From the NCBI GenBank assembly GCA_029565735.1, contig JAKQNO010000123.1, positions 2,474 to 66,473 on the forward strand: 64,000 nt of DNA, in the 5' to 3' direction. The first letter of the stretch is position 1, and each line of letters opens with the position of its first letter. The translations under genes and the position numbers were made by a program. Shown in pieces: positions 28,829 to 42,150 of this stretch. Origin of the DNA: a bacterium. Its GTDB lineage: Bacteria; Oederibacteriota; PGYV01. The notes under the pieces were generated by a model, which was given only the letters and a program-made list of their open reading frames with translations, was not told where the DNA came from and did not search any database.

Positions 28829-29777
28829 GGATTATAAAAACAGGCGCGCCTATAAGTCCTGTTATAACGCCTACCGGAAGTTCTCCGGGCAGAAATGCCG
28901 TCCTTGCCGCGGTATCGCACAAAAGAAGAAACAGCGCGCCGGAAAAAGCGCAGGCTGGCAGAAGCAGCCTTAAATCCGGGCCCGTAAACTTTCTGACAGC
29001 ATGCGGCACCACCAGCCCGATAAACCCTATCACTCCGCTTAATGATACGGCGGCAGCGGTTAAAATGCTTGCCAGGATAAAATAAAAAAGCTTTAAAAAT
29101 TCAGCGTTAACTCCAAGAGTTGACGCCGTTTCCTCCCCTGACGACATTATGTTCAGGTCATTGGCATAAAACATTGCCGCGCCAAGCGCCGCTATAAGCA
29201 GTATTGCCGCAAACTTTATCTGCGTGTAATCCGACGCGGACAGGTCTCCCATAAGCCAGTAAATTACCTTTACAATGTCCCGGCTGTTTACCGCGCTTAA
29301 CAGCATTACAAGAGAAGACAGCATTGTGCCTGTCATGACGCCGGTTAACAGAAGGCGGGATGAATTTACCCTTCCTTCCTTAATGGAAACCCCGTAGACA
29401 AAAAATACGGCAAGCATAGCACCGGCAAACGCCGGCGCTATAATAAAAGTCAAACCTGATATTATTCCTATTGAAGCGCCTAAAGCCGCGCCGGACGAGA
29501 TTCCGGTTATAAACGGGTCAACAAGCGAATTTCTAAAAAGTGACTGCAGGACAGCGCCGCTTATGCCAAGCATCGCCCCGACAATCACAGCAAGAATAAT
29601 TCTTGGCAGCCTTAAGCCTGTTATTATCATATAGTCCGGTGTTCCATATCCGGCTCCGCCTAATATGGATACGATATCCATAAAAGATATCTTTGCCGAA
29701 CCAAAACATAAAGCCACGCCGGCAAAAATTACAAGCACGCCTGCCATAATCAGGGAAATCAGTATCCCTTTTTTCAT
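28809..29777 (-). CDS. ABC transporter permease, FecCD/BtuC family
   Basis: 322-aa polytopic membrane protein. FecCD-type topology. Confidence 0.85.
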   Translation of the reverse strand: MKKGILISLIMAGVLVIFAGVALCFGSAKISFMDIVSILGGAGYGTPDYMIITGLRLPRIILAVIVGAMLGISGAVLQSLFRNSLVDPFITGISSGAALGASIGIISGLTFIIAPAFAGAMLAVFFVYGVSIKEGRVNSSRLLLTGVMTGTMLSSLVMLLSAVNSRDIVKVIYWLMGDLSASDYTQIKFAAILLIAALGAAMFYANDLNIMSSGEETASTLGVNAEFLKLFYFILASILTAAAVSLSGVIGFIGLVVPHAVRKFTGPDLRLLLPACAFSGALFLLLCDTAARTAFLPGELPVGVITGLIGAPVFIILARRGK

Positions 29778-30631
29778 TCTGCTTTATCCTCTTTTAATAT
29801 TTTCTCTATTGTTTCTATGGCTTCAATCACCCTTGGCCCCGGTCTCATTACAGTGTCAAGAGCCGCTCCCGTTACCGCTGTTATTCCGCCTGTTTTTCCG
29901 GCTTTTGTCGCGGAAAAATACGGCCTTTGCCTGTAATTCTTTTCCGGCGCGTAAAAAAGCAGTATTTTTTCAGGATCAGCTTTTATAATTTCTTCTTTGG
30001 ATATTTTGGGATACTCGCCGGCGGAGTTTACCGCATTAATGCCGCCTGCCGCGTTTATTATTTTCCCGGTGAAAGAATTACCCGAAACAGCCATAAGCGG
30101 TTCGCCCCAGATTTCAGCGTATACCTTTACCGGGCGGGATTTTTTTGACAAAGCTTTTTTCAGTTTCTTTTCAAAAGCAAGTATCTTTTTTTCCGACTTC
30201 CCGCCGCCGCCCAAAAGCGAATTTAACTTTCTCATATCAGAGGCTATATCGGACAATTCCCTTGGATAAAGGACAATTACAGGCACTCCCATTGATTCAA
30301 GCTTGTAAATGACGCCTTTTTGCACGCCTCCGCCTGATATTACCGCCTGAGGCCCAAGGCTGATTATCTTTTCTTTATCCGGATTCATAAAATCCCCGGC
30401 TTTGGCAAGAAGTTTTGCCTTCGGCGGGTAGTCGCAGTTTTTTGAAACTGCCGCAAGTTTTTCTTCAAGGCCAAGGTAATATATCATCTCCGTATGCGCG
30501 GGAGATATGCACACTATTTTATTAACAGGCCCTTTCACTTCCACAGTCCTGCCGACATCATCGGTTATGGTTAAAGCGCCTGCTCCGGATGCCGCAAACA
30601 GCAGAACGGTTATTAACAGTATTTTTTTCAA
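29774..30631 (-). CDS. periplasmic substrate-binding protein, class III (BtuF/FecB-like)
   Basis: 285 aa with signal peptide. TroA-like fold hallmarks. Confidence 0.8.
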   Translation of the reverse strand: MKKILLITVLLFAASGAGALTITDDVGRTVEVKGPVNKIVCISPAHTEMIYYLGLEEKLAAVSKNCDYPPKAKLLAKAGDFMNPDKEKIISLGPQAVISGGGVQKGVIYKLESMGVPVIVLYPRELSDIASDMRKLNSLLGGGGKSEKKILAFEKKLKKALSKKSRPVKVYAEIWGEPLMAVSGNSFTGKIINAAGGINAVNSAGEYPKISKEEIIKADPEKILLFYAPEKNYRQRPYFSATKAGKTGGITAVTGAALDTVMRPGPRVIEAIETIEKILKEDKAE

Positions 30632-30649
30632 AACAGCTCCTTTAACTTG

Positions 30650-31177
30650 TCAGTACTCTATTCCTTTTCTTGCCTTCATTCCGGTTTTAAACGGGTGCTT
30701 AATTTCTTTCATCTCCGTCACAAGGGATGCGGCTTTTTTTAAACCCGCTCCCGCGCCCCTGCCGGTTAAGATAATTTCAACGCCCGCAGGCCTGGAATCA
30801 ATCATTGAAATAAGTTCTTTTTCCGTTATCAGTTCAAGATTTATCAGGTGAACGGCTTCATCCAGCACCGCTACATCATACTTTCCGGAATTAATCTCCT
30901 TAAAAGCGTTTAACAGGTCGTCTTTCACCGCTTCTTTTAATTCTTCCATGTCTATATTTCTTTCAAAAAAAGGCGACATTTCGTCATACTTAATAAACCT
31001 GATATTTTTCTGTTTTTTCAAAACCTCTTCTTCTCCGGAAGCTGTCTTTCCATTTTTTAAAAACTGACAGAAAAGCACCTTCATTCCGGCGCCGCACGCC
31101 CTTACAGCCGCGCCTACGGCAGCCGTGGTCTTGCCTTTTCCATCGCCTGTATAAATCTGAACCATCCCCTTTTTCAT
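30650..31177 (-). CDS. cobO: cob(I)yrinic acid a,c-diamide / cob(I)alamin adenosyltransferase
   Basis: 175 aa. N-terminus IYTGDGKGKTTAA P-loop typical of the BtuR/CobO/CobA family. Confidence 0.85.
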   Translation of the reverse strand: MKKGMVQIYTGDGKGKTTAAVGAAVRACGAGMKVLFCQFLKNGKTASGEEEVLKKQKNIRFIKYDEMSPFFERNIDMEELKEAVKDDLLNAFKEINSGKYDVAVLDEAVHLINLELITEKELISMIDSRPAGVEIILTGRGAGAGLKKAASLVTEMKEIKHPFKTGMKARKGIEY

Positions 31178-31266
31178 ACACCCTCCTGTCAGTTTACAGT
31201 TTGTTACCTTTCACCTATCCCCTCTCACCTGTCAGCTCTTTCCTGCCGCCTTTCTACTGTCTGAAA

Positions 31267-31875
31267 CTACACTCCCTTTAAATGCTCTCTTATTTCATCC
31301 CTGTCTTTTTTTGAAAGATGGGAAATGCTGTTAAAAAGAGTCACAAAAAAAGCGTTTCTTTGTTTATTGTAATGAATTTCGGAAATAGAGGCGTTATACA
31401 TCCTTAACCTTTTGTAATTTTTCGGCTCCAGAACAACCGCAAGTATTCCCCTTACCACGCCGCCGTGGCACACAATAATAATATTTGCACCGGATTTATG
31501 CCCTTTTATAACCCGTACAAAACCCTTTTTGATCCGCTTAAAAAAAACGGTGTCATTTTCCACGCCGTAATCTTCATCCCTTAAACCGGATTCATACTTT
31601 TCGCCTTCCAGTTTCCCGTAATGGCGTTCGCGGAACAGTTTTTCTTCCCTGATTTTACCTTTAAATCCGGACACGGCTTTTATCTGTTTAGCGGTTTGAA
31701 CCGCGCGCATAAGGTCGCTTGAATACACAGCGTCAATTCTTTTGCCGCAAAATTCTTTGCCTATGCGTTTTGCCTGTGACAGCCCTTTGCTGTTTAGCGG
31801 TATATCTGTCTGTCCCTGAAATAAAAGCCTTTTATTCCAGTCGGTCTCTCCGTGCCTTACAAGGTATATGTTCAT
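31267..31875 (-). CDS. histidine-phosphatase-family protein (alpha-ribazole phosphatase CobC-like)
   Basis: RHGETDWN catalytic motif. Start re-assigned to MNIYLV, which is 6 nt after a GGAG SD. First gene downstream of the B12 riboswitch. Confidence 0.75.
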   Translation of the reverse strand: MNIYLVRHGETDWNKRLLFQGQTDIPLNSKGLSQAKRIGKEFCGKRIDAVYSSDLMRAVQTAKQIKAVSGFKGKIREEKLFRERHYGKLEGEKYESGLRDEDYGVENDTVFFKRIKKGFVRVIKGHKSGANIIIVCHGGVVRGILAVVLEPKNYKRLRMYNASISEIHYNKQRNAFFVTLFNSISHLSKKDRDEIREHLKGV

Positions 31876-31888
31876 TTTCATCTCCGTA

Positions 31889-31917
31889 TAAAATAAAAAA
31901 CCCGGCAACGCGCCGGG
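31889..31917 (-). terminator. Intrinsic terminator / expression platform of the cobalamin riboswitch
   Basis: Minus strand reads CCCGGCGCGTTGCCGGG followed by TTTTTTATTTT, immediately 5' of the SD of the cobC-like gene. Confidence 0.5.
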
Positions 31918-31919
31918 AT

Positions 31920-32080
31920 TAAAAACAAAACATCTTCTTCCTTTTGCGCGAAAGTACTTGCCGTTTTAACAGTGGACCGGGCTCGCCTTTTTGGCTTTAC
32001 CGTTGCGCGACAGCGCCCCGAATCTAACGGGGACTTCCCCTGCAAAAACGTGTTCTGTATAAACGTTAGCACATATAAAC
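31920..32080 (-). ncRNA. cobalamin (AdoCbl) riboswitch
   Basis: Minus strand reads GCAGGGGAAGUCCCCGUUAGAUUCGGGGCGCUGUCGCGCAACGGUAAAGCC...GGUCCACUGUUAAAACGG. This aligns with the E. coli btuB leader segments AGGGAAUCCAGUGCGAAUCUGGAGCUGACGCGCAGCGGUAAGG and the B12-box GGACACUGCC. A -35 TTGACA is present at 32086-32091 on the minus strand. Confidence 0.75.
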
Positions 32081-32097
32081 ACCGGTGTCAAGAAGCC

Positions 32098-32195
32098 CGG
32101 TAAGACGCGAGGGTCGGAGGGTCAGAAATAAGAGCAAACATCGAAATTCGAGATTCGAAAATTAGATTAACACCTGCAGGGGTTGGGTGTGTTTT
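32098..32195 (+). repeat. Copy 1 of a duplicated ~90-bp element ending in an intrinsic-terminator-like hairpin (AACACCTGCAGGGGTTGGGTGTG+TTTTTT); candidate sRNA or mosaic-repeat module
   Basis: AATAAGAGCAAACATCGAAATTCGAGATTCGAAAATTAGATTAACACCTGCAGGGGTTGGGTGTGTTTTTT. Preceded by a GGTCGGAGGGTC module. Confidence 0.45.
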
Positions 32196-32399
32196 TTCGG
32201 GGCGTGCCGCCCTAACCTGCCGTGTATACAGCAGGGACTGTTTAATGCATCGGCGGCATATTCGGATGTGACGCGGGTTCCCGATTGCCAATGAATTAAC
32301 TTCCTGTTGATTTCAAACTTATTCGGATGCAAGAACACCAATTCGCGGCGCGCTCTGAAAAAATATACCCAAGCCCTGTAGGGCAGAGGGACGGATGTG

Positions 32400-32495
32400 C
32401 GGAGAGTCTGAGAGACGAAAATAAGAGCAACCATCGAAATTCGAGATTCGAAAATTAGATTAACACCCGCAGGGGTTGCGTGTTTTTTTAGAGCG
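32400..32495 (+). repeat. Copy 2 of the same ~90-bp element (about 93% identical) with terminator hairpin
   Basis: AATAAGAGCAACCATCGAAATTCGAGATTCGAAAATTAGATTAACACCCGCAGGGGTTGCGTGTTTTTTT. Preceded by a CAGAGGGACGGA module. Confidence 0.45.
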
Positions 32496-32525
32496 TGATG
32501 TGAGTTTTCCTCCAAAAATATAAAA

Positions 32526-32560
32526 TAAAAAAGCCCCGGATTTCTCCGGGGCTTTGGGTT
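32526..32560. terminator. Bidirectional rho-independent terminator downstream of the ferredoxin gene
   Basis: AAAAAAGCCCCGGATTTCTCCGGGGCTTTGGGTTT. GC stem flanked by an A-run and a T-run. Confidence 0.6.
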
Positions 32561-32570
32561 TAGCTTAAAA

Positions 32571-32801
32571 CTATTCGCCGTCGTCGCCGATAGCTGACGA
32601 AGGGCACGATTCCATTGCTTCTTTACATGCCGCTTCCTGATCAGCCGAAGGCTGAGCGGAAACATAAGCATACGAACCGTCATCTTTTAACTTAAAGTTA
32701 TCCGGCGCCAATCCTTCGCATATTCCGCAGGATGTGCACTGATCATCAACGTAGTACTTTCCCGCGACGTTGTCCGCGTTCTTTGCTGCTTTGTTTGCCA
32801 T
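32571..32801 (-). CDS. small ferredoxin (single [4Fe-4S]/[3Fe-4S] cluster, Desulfovibrio type)
   Basis: 76 aa. CTSCGICEGLAP...C motif. Confidence 0.8.
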   Translation of the reverse strand: MANKAAKNADNVAGKYYVDDQCTSCGICEGLAPDNFKLKDDGSYAYVSAQPSADQEAACKEAMESCPSSAIGDDGE

Positions 32802-32827
32802 TTCTGTTCCTCCTGAAATAAAATATG

Positions 32828-33412
32828 TTAACGCCTTAATATCTTTTTTCCGTCAGTCATGTCAATTACCGTTGACGCCTTGCCTTTGACTATCTTATCA
32901 AATTGAACACAAATATCAACATTTTTTAAAATTTCTTTATCAATATCCTTAAACTTTACCGGGGTCGCCGCGCCGGAAAAATTCGCGGATGTGGCTGCCA
33001 GCGGCGCTTTTAAACATGCTATTATGCCGTTAATAACCGCGGAGTCAACCACCCTTACGCCTACGGTTTTATTGATGAACTTCATTTTTTCAACGCCTGC
33101 CGGTTTTGCTTTGAATATAAGCGTATACGGGCCGGGCAGTTTTTCTTCAAGAAAGGCTTTGTGTCCGGTGCCAATTACCGCAATTTTTTTAATCTCTTTT
33201 AATGAAGCTACAAAGACCTGCAGCGGCTTTGAAAAATCCCTGCCTTTTAAACAGTATATTTTTTTGACGGCTTTTTTATTATCGGCAAGGCAGAAAAATC
33301 CGTAAACAGTGTCTGTCGGAAGGATTGCGATTCCGCCTTTTTTTATTATATCCGCGGCAAGTTTTAACTGCTTTGCGTCAGGAACGCCTTTTATGACCAT
33401 TGCTGTATTCAT
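32828..33412 (-). CDS. tsaC: L-threonylcarbamoyladenylate synthase (YrdC/Sua5 family)
   Basis: 194 aa. ILPTDTVYGF and the YrdC fold signature. Confidence 0.8.
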   Translation of the reverse strand: MNTAMVIKGVPDAKQLKLAADIIKKGGIAILPTDTVYGFFCLADNKKAVKKIYCLKGRDFSKPLQVFVASLKEIKKIAVIGTGHKAFLEEKLPGPYTLIFKAKPAGVEKMKFINKTVGVRVVDSAVINGIIACLKAPLAATSANFSGAATPVKFKDIDKEILKNVDICVQFDKIVKGKASTVIDMTDGKKILRR

Positions 33413-33427
33413 CTGTTCTCCGGCGGA

Positions 33428-33946
33428 TTATTTATTTCCTTCAAGATACTTCTTAATGCCTGACTTCTGAAGTTTTGCGTCCTTTTCTTTTACTGATAAT
33501 GCAAGTTTTTTCTTGTAAGCCGCAAGTTTCTTTTTTAAGGCCGGATATTTTACCGCAAGTATCTGCGCCGCAAAAACCCCGGCGTTTACAGCCCCGGCTT
33601 TCCCTATCGCCATGCAGCCTACAGGCACGCCCTGCGGCATCTGTACCATGGAATATAAGGCATCAACGCCGTTTAAAGGCCCGCCCGCCATAGGCACGGT
33701 TATCACCGGTTTTATTGTCTCCGCAGCCATTACACCGCCAAGATGCGCGGCAAGCCCTGCTGCCGCAATAATTACTTCGCACCCCTGTTTATCCGCTTCT
33801 GCCAGAAACGCTTTTACCTTTGAAGGTGTCCTGTGCGCGGAAGTTATGCTTACAAACGATTCTATGCCGAACTGCGCCAGCGTATTTACCGTTTCATTCA
33901 TTATAATTAAATCACTGTCACTTCCCATTACTATCGCCGCTTTCAT
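33428..33946 (-). CDS. purE: N5-carboxyaminoimidazole ribonucleotide mutase
   Basis: Start re-assigned to MKAAIVMGSDSD, with a perfect AGGAGG SD 9 nt upstream. PurE motifs AAGLAAHLGGVMAA are present. Confidence 0.9.
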   Translation of the reverse strand: MKAAIVMGSDSDLIIMNETVNTLAQFGIESFVSITSAHRTPSKVKAFLAEADKQGCEVIIAAAGLAAHLGGVMAAETIKPVITVPMAGGPLNGVDALYSMVQMPQGVPVGCMAIGKAGAVNAGVFAAQILAVKYPALKKKLAAYKKKLALSVKEKDAKLQKSGIKKYLEGNK

Positions 33947-33961
33947 ATTATTACCTCCTGA

Positions 33962-34190
33962 TTTTAAATAAACATAGCACTTTAGCACCTAAAGCAATTA
34001 AGCTATAGCGTAAACATAGCGTTTCAACGAATTAAGCAATTAAGCATAAGCGATATTTATAACATATAACCTTGTCCTTTTCTGCTTAATTGCTTAAGCC
34101 CTTACCGCTTCTGCTTTTCTGTTTTACGCTTAATTACTTTTCTTTTCCGCTTATGCTTATCTGCTTTATGCTTAATTGCTTAAGGCCTTT
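33962..34190. repeat. Intergenic inverted-repeat/tandem repeat element of the GCTTAATTGCTTATGCTTATCTGC family
   Basis: Left arm AAACATAGCACTTTAGCACCTAAAGCAATTAAGCTATAGCG matches 5750-5800. Right arms CGCTTATGCTTATCTGCTTTATGCTTAATTGCTTAAGG. Confidence 0.5.
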
Positions 34191-35463
34191 AATACTTCCC
34201 CGCCCTTTTCCCTATATCATGCCTGAACTGCGCGCCTTCAAAAGAAATTTTTCCTATTTCATCATAAACCTTTTTAATCGCGCCATCTATCGTGTTGTCA
34301 ACAGCCGTCAAAGCAAGCACCCTTCCGCCGCTTGTAACAATTTTATTTCCGTCTTTCTTTGTGCCCGCGTGAAAAACCATGACATCTTCGCGGCCTTCAA
34401 AACTGTCCAGCCCCTTTATCTCCCTGCCTTTTTCATAAGCCCCCGGATATCCTTTCGCCGCCATAACAACACAGATGGCGGATTTATTATGAATCTCCAG
34501 TTCAATCTCGTTTAGCTTGCCTTCAATACACGCAAGAAACACGTCAACTATGTCGCTTTTAATCAGCGGCAGGACAACCTGGGTTTCCGGGTCTCCAAAA
34601 CGCACGTTATATTCAAGCACCTTTGGCCCGTCTTTTGTAATCATCAGCCCGGCATAAAGGATTCCCCTGTATGTTATCCCTTCGCGTTTAAGGCCGTTCA
34701 CGGTTGCCGCAAGAATTTCTTTTTCTATTTTTTCAAGCATATCCGGTTTTATCAGCGGCGTCGGGGCATACGCGCCCATGCCTCCGGTATTTGGCCCTTC
34801 ATCGTTGTCAAAAATCCTTTTATGGTCCTGAGAAGGCGGAAGCGGTATTATTGTCTCACCGTCTGTGAACGCAAGTATGCTTGCCTCTTCGCCTTCAAGA
34901 AACTCCTCTATTACAATACGGGAGCCGGCCTCACCGAATTCCTTTTTTACCATAATATCATTTACGGCTGAAATTGCTTCCTGTTGGTTTTGGCAGATTA
35001 TAACGCCTTTGCCGGCCGCAAGCCCGTCTGCTTTTACCACTACCGGATATTTTTTATTGTTATTAATGTATTCAAGAGCCGGTTTCTCCGAGTCAAACTC
35101 GCCGAATTCCGCTGTGGGGATATTATTTTTCTTAAGCAGATTTTTGGTGAAAATCTTGCTGCCTTCCATCTGCGCCGCGTCTTCACAGGGGCCGAATATT
35201 TTAAGTTCATTTTCAGTAAACAAATCAACTATGCCGGCTGTCAGCGGCGCTTCGGGGCCCACTATGGTCAGATCAATTGCGTTGTCTATGGCAAAATTCA
35301 TAAGCCCTTCAAGGTCATCCGCGGAAATATTCACGTTTTCAGCGATACCCGCGGTTCCGGCATTGCCGGGCGCGCAGAATATCTTTGTCACTTTTTTGCT
35401 TTTCTTTACGCTGCTGCATATGGCGTGTTCACGGCCTCCGCCGCCGATAACAAGTACCTTCAT
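34189..35463 (-). CDS. purD: phosphoribosylamine-glycine ligase
   Basis: 424 aa with an ATP-grasp domain. VLVIGGGGREHA N-terminus. Confidence 0.9.
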   Translation of the reverse strand: MKVLVIGGGGREHAICSSVKKSKKVTKIFCAPGNAGTAGIAENVNISADDLEGLMNFAIDNAIDLTIVGPEAPLTAGIVDLFTENELKIFGPCEDAAQMEGSKIFTKNLLKKNNIPTAEFGEFDSEKPALEYINNNKKYPVVVKADGLAAGKGVIICQNQQEAISAVNDIMVKKEFGEAGSRIVIEEFLEGEEASILAFTDGETIIPLPPSQDHKRIFDNDEGPNTGGMGAYAPTPLIKPDMLEKIEKEILAATVNGLKREGITYRGILYAGLMITKDGPKVLEYNVRFGDPETQVVLPLIKSDIVDVFLACIEGKLNEIELEIHNKSAICVVMAAKGYPGAYEKGREIKGLDSFEGREDVMVFHAGTKKDGNKIVTSGGRVLALTAVDNTIDGAIKKVYDEIGKISFEGAQFRHDIGKRAGKY

Positions 35464-35490
35464 TTTTTCCTCCGCTTTATCGGTTCCAAA

Positions 35491-37647
35491 TTATACTTTC
35501 CAGTTATACATTTCAAACTGCCTGTCAGGTACATGTATTATGGCAGAACCTTTTTCCGGTATGCGTTCAAATTCTTCACCGTTTTTATATATAACAGCCG
35601 TAAATTTTATTTCTCCCGGATATTTAATGCCTTTAAAATTTCTGTACGGCACAGCCGCTTCAAATATCCCGTCAGCCGCGCACCTTACGCCTTCGCGCTC
35701 CACATTTATGGATTCAAACACACGCCCCAAAGTGTTAAACTTCAGCCGCGAAGAATTTTCGCCTTCCGTGAACTTCACGTCTATTTCAAGCCCGCTGTCG
35801 CTTCTGATACCTTCATCCGAATCCATCCTGAAATAAAGTTCGTCATTATTAAAGCCATAAGAAAGCCTTTTGATATACTTTTCGGTCTTGTGCATGGCGC
35901 CGCCTTCTTTTGAAAGGTCAAAATAACCCGCGCCCTTCCATTCAAAAAAGTGCGACACCCTTCCGTTAATGACCGGATAAATAAACCGGGTGGGAACAAC
36001 GTGGAACGCGGCATCCACTTTGGATATCGGTATAAAAAGCTCGTCCGGCACGGCCATTCCCGTAATATTATAGACATTCATCAGGTGAAGCCTGTATAAG
36101 TTGTCAAATTCAGAATCATTTTTTGAGGAATGGTCGTCTCCGTACCACCAGTTCCAGTCGCTTCCTTCGGCTATATAAAGCGCTTCCCACGCCCTTTTTA
36201 ACTTATCACCCTCAGCCCGGTGTTCTATTTCCCAGTTTACAAGCGCTTCCCTGGTCTTTTTTAATAATTTCCACGACTTCCTGTCATCTTCGTGGCCTAT
36301 CCATATATGAAAATCGTGGTTTATCCAGGAACCGGGCCATAACTTTTTTATTACCGGCATTTCCTGCCATTGTTCAGTCATGTCTCCGATTGTTGAAGTG
36401 ATAATATCCGGACATTCCGAAAGTTTTGAATAAAGGGCGTTTAAGAAGTCCTTTCCGTCGTTGTTATAGTATTCCCAGCAGTTTTCCCCGTCCAGAATTA
36501 CATTCACGCAGGCGCGTTCTTCAGGCAGGGGTTCTTTAATCTTTTTTAATTCATTAATAAAATGCTCCGCCGCCTCCTGCGGATTCCATGAAGCGTAGGA
36601 AAAACCTATAAGGTCAGAAAGTTTAAGGTTTCTGAATACCATGTTTACGCGGCCGCTGTCCGTATTTACAAAATGCGGCTTATATATTGTTTCCTGTTTA
36701 AATTCCTCACCGGAAATCCACCGTGATTTGTACAGTATCTCCTGGTCCGTGGCCGCCCATTTAATTCCGTTTTTTGCCAGAAGGTTCATCACTTCCGGGC
36801 TTACGGAACCTTCCGAAGGCCACATCCCGACAGGGCGCCTGCCGAATTTTTCGCTTATGTATTCAAGCCCCTTTTTTATCTGCGCGTCCGCGTCTTCGGG
36901 ATAAGAAAATTCAAAATCAAGCGGAAGGCATTCCATACAGGCTTTCGCTGTTTTAACATCGTAGATAAGCGGAAGTATCGGATGATAAAAAGGCGTTGTG
37001 GAAACCTCAATACGCCCTTCTTTCCAGGCCTGCGAGTATTTGGGTATAATCATCTTTAAAATATCAATATGCCTGTCCAGCACATAGTTTTTTTCATCTT
37101 CGGTAAAATTCTCTCCCCTGTGTTTTAAATCGTTCAGTTCAGGAAAAATTTCCATAAAAACAGGGTCTATCCAGGTCAGGTTGAACCACGTCTGCAGGTC
37201 GCGGATTTCCTGTTCCGTAAAATTTTTATGGGTCTTTTTAAGTTCGTCAGGGTGTGAATTCTCCCCCCTCTTTTTCAGCAGGTACTTGTATCTTGGATAC
37301 GGGAATATCATGGTATCCCAGTTGGCCATAAAGAAATTAAACAGGATAAAAACTCTCTCGTCCTCATTTAAATCGCAAGGCTTTTTTCTGGTCATGTCCA
37401 TAAAGATATCCGTTGTGCCGTTTATATACTCTTCTATCTGAAGGATAAGCGAAGGTACAAGGTTAAAGTTCTGCCTGATTTTAGGGTACTTATCAAGTAT
37501 GGAAACCATATCATAATAATCCTTAACCCCGTGCATCCTCACCCACGGAAGTATGAATTTATCGGTTTCCACGTTTTTGTAATACGGCTGATGCATGTGC
37601 CATAATAATGTAAGATACAGCGGCTGCTTCAAACTTATTACCTCCAA
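35491..37647 (-). CDS. glycoside hydrolase family 57 protein (alpha-glucan branching/amylase-like)
   Basis: 718 aa. The LWHMHQPYY motif is the GH57 hallmark. Confidence 0.85.
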   Translation of the reverse strand: MEVISLKQPLYLTLLWHMHQPYYKNVETDKFILPWVRMHGVKDYYDMVSILDKYPKIRQNFNLVPSLILQIEEYINGTTDIFMDMTRKKPCDLNEDERVFILFNFFMANWDTMIFPYPRYKYLLKKRGENSHPDELKKTHKNFTEQEIRDLQTWFNLTWIDPVFMEIFPELNDLKHRGENFTEDEKNYVLDRHIDILKMIIPKYSQAWKEGRIEVSTTPFYHPILPLIYDVKTAKACMECLPLDFEFSYPEDADAQIKKGLEYISEKFGRRPVGMWPSEGSVSPEVMNLLAKNGIKWAATDQEILYKSRWISGEEFKQETIYKPHFVNTDSGRVNMVFRNLKLSDLIGFSYASWNPQEAAEHFINELKKIKEPLPEERACVNVILDGENCWEYYNNDGKDFLNALYSKLSECPDIITSTIGDMTEQWQEMPVIKKLWPGSWINHDFHIWIGHEDDRKSWKLLKKTREALVNWEIEHRAEGDKLKRAWEALYIAEGSDWNWWYGDDHSSKNDSEFDNLYRLHLMNVYNITGMAVPDELFIPISKVDAAFHVVPTRFIYPVINGRVSHFFEWKGAGYFDLSKEGGAMHKTEKYIKRLSYGFNNDELYFRMDSDEGIRSDSGLEIDVKFTEGENSSRLKFNTLGRVFESINVEREGVRCAADGIFEAAVPYRNFKGIKYPGEIKFTAVIYKNGEEFERIPEKGSAIIHVPDRQFEMYNWKV

Positions 37648-37739
37648 AGCATTTTAATAACCCGTTAATTATAATATATATGGATTACAAAGACAATTAT
37701 TATCCCAAACGGTATTCAGCACCGGTTTTACGGCTGTTT

Positions 37740-42039
<4,300 letters not shown>

Positions 42040-42150
42040 AAAAAGCCTCCGTATATGGGTTTTATTAAAGTGATTATATCATAACAAGCGGCCGTTTAAA
42101 TAAAAAAACCGCCGGCTTAAAAACCGGCGGTTTTAAGGCAATATAACTTA

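Noticed and set aside
32200-32400. Structured RNA gene (tmRNA, RNase P, SRP or 6S) in the 660-bp non-coding stretch
   Set aside because: None of the universal motifs (tmRNA tag-reading frame and tRNA-like ends, RNase P GNRA/P4 motifs, SRP domain IV) could be recognised by eye. It is left as an unassigned hairpin-rich spacer.
34865-35913. Two long plus-strand ORFs (323 and 309 aa) overlapping purD and the GH57 gene
   Set aside because: They are antisense to well-supported minus-strand genes with clear homology. Their translations are low-complexity with no recognisable domains. They are typical shadow ORFs.
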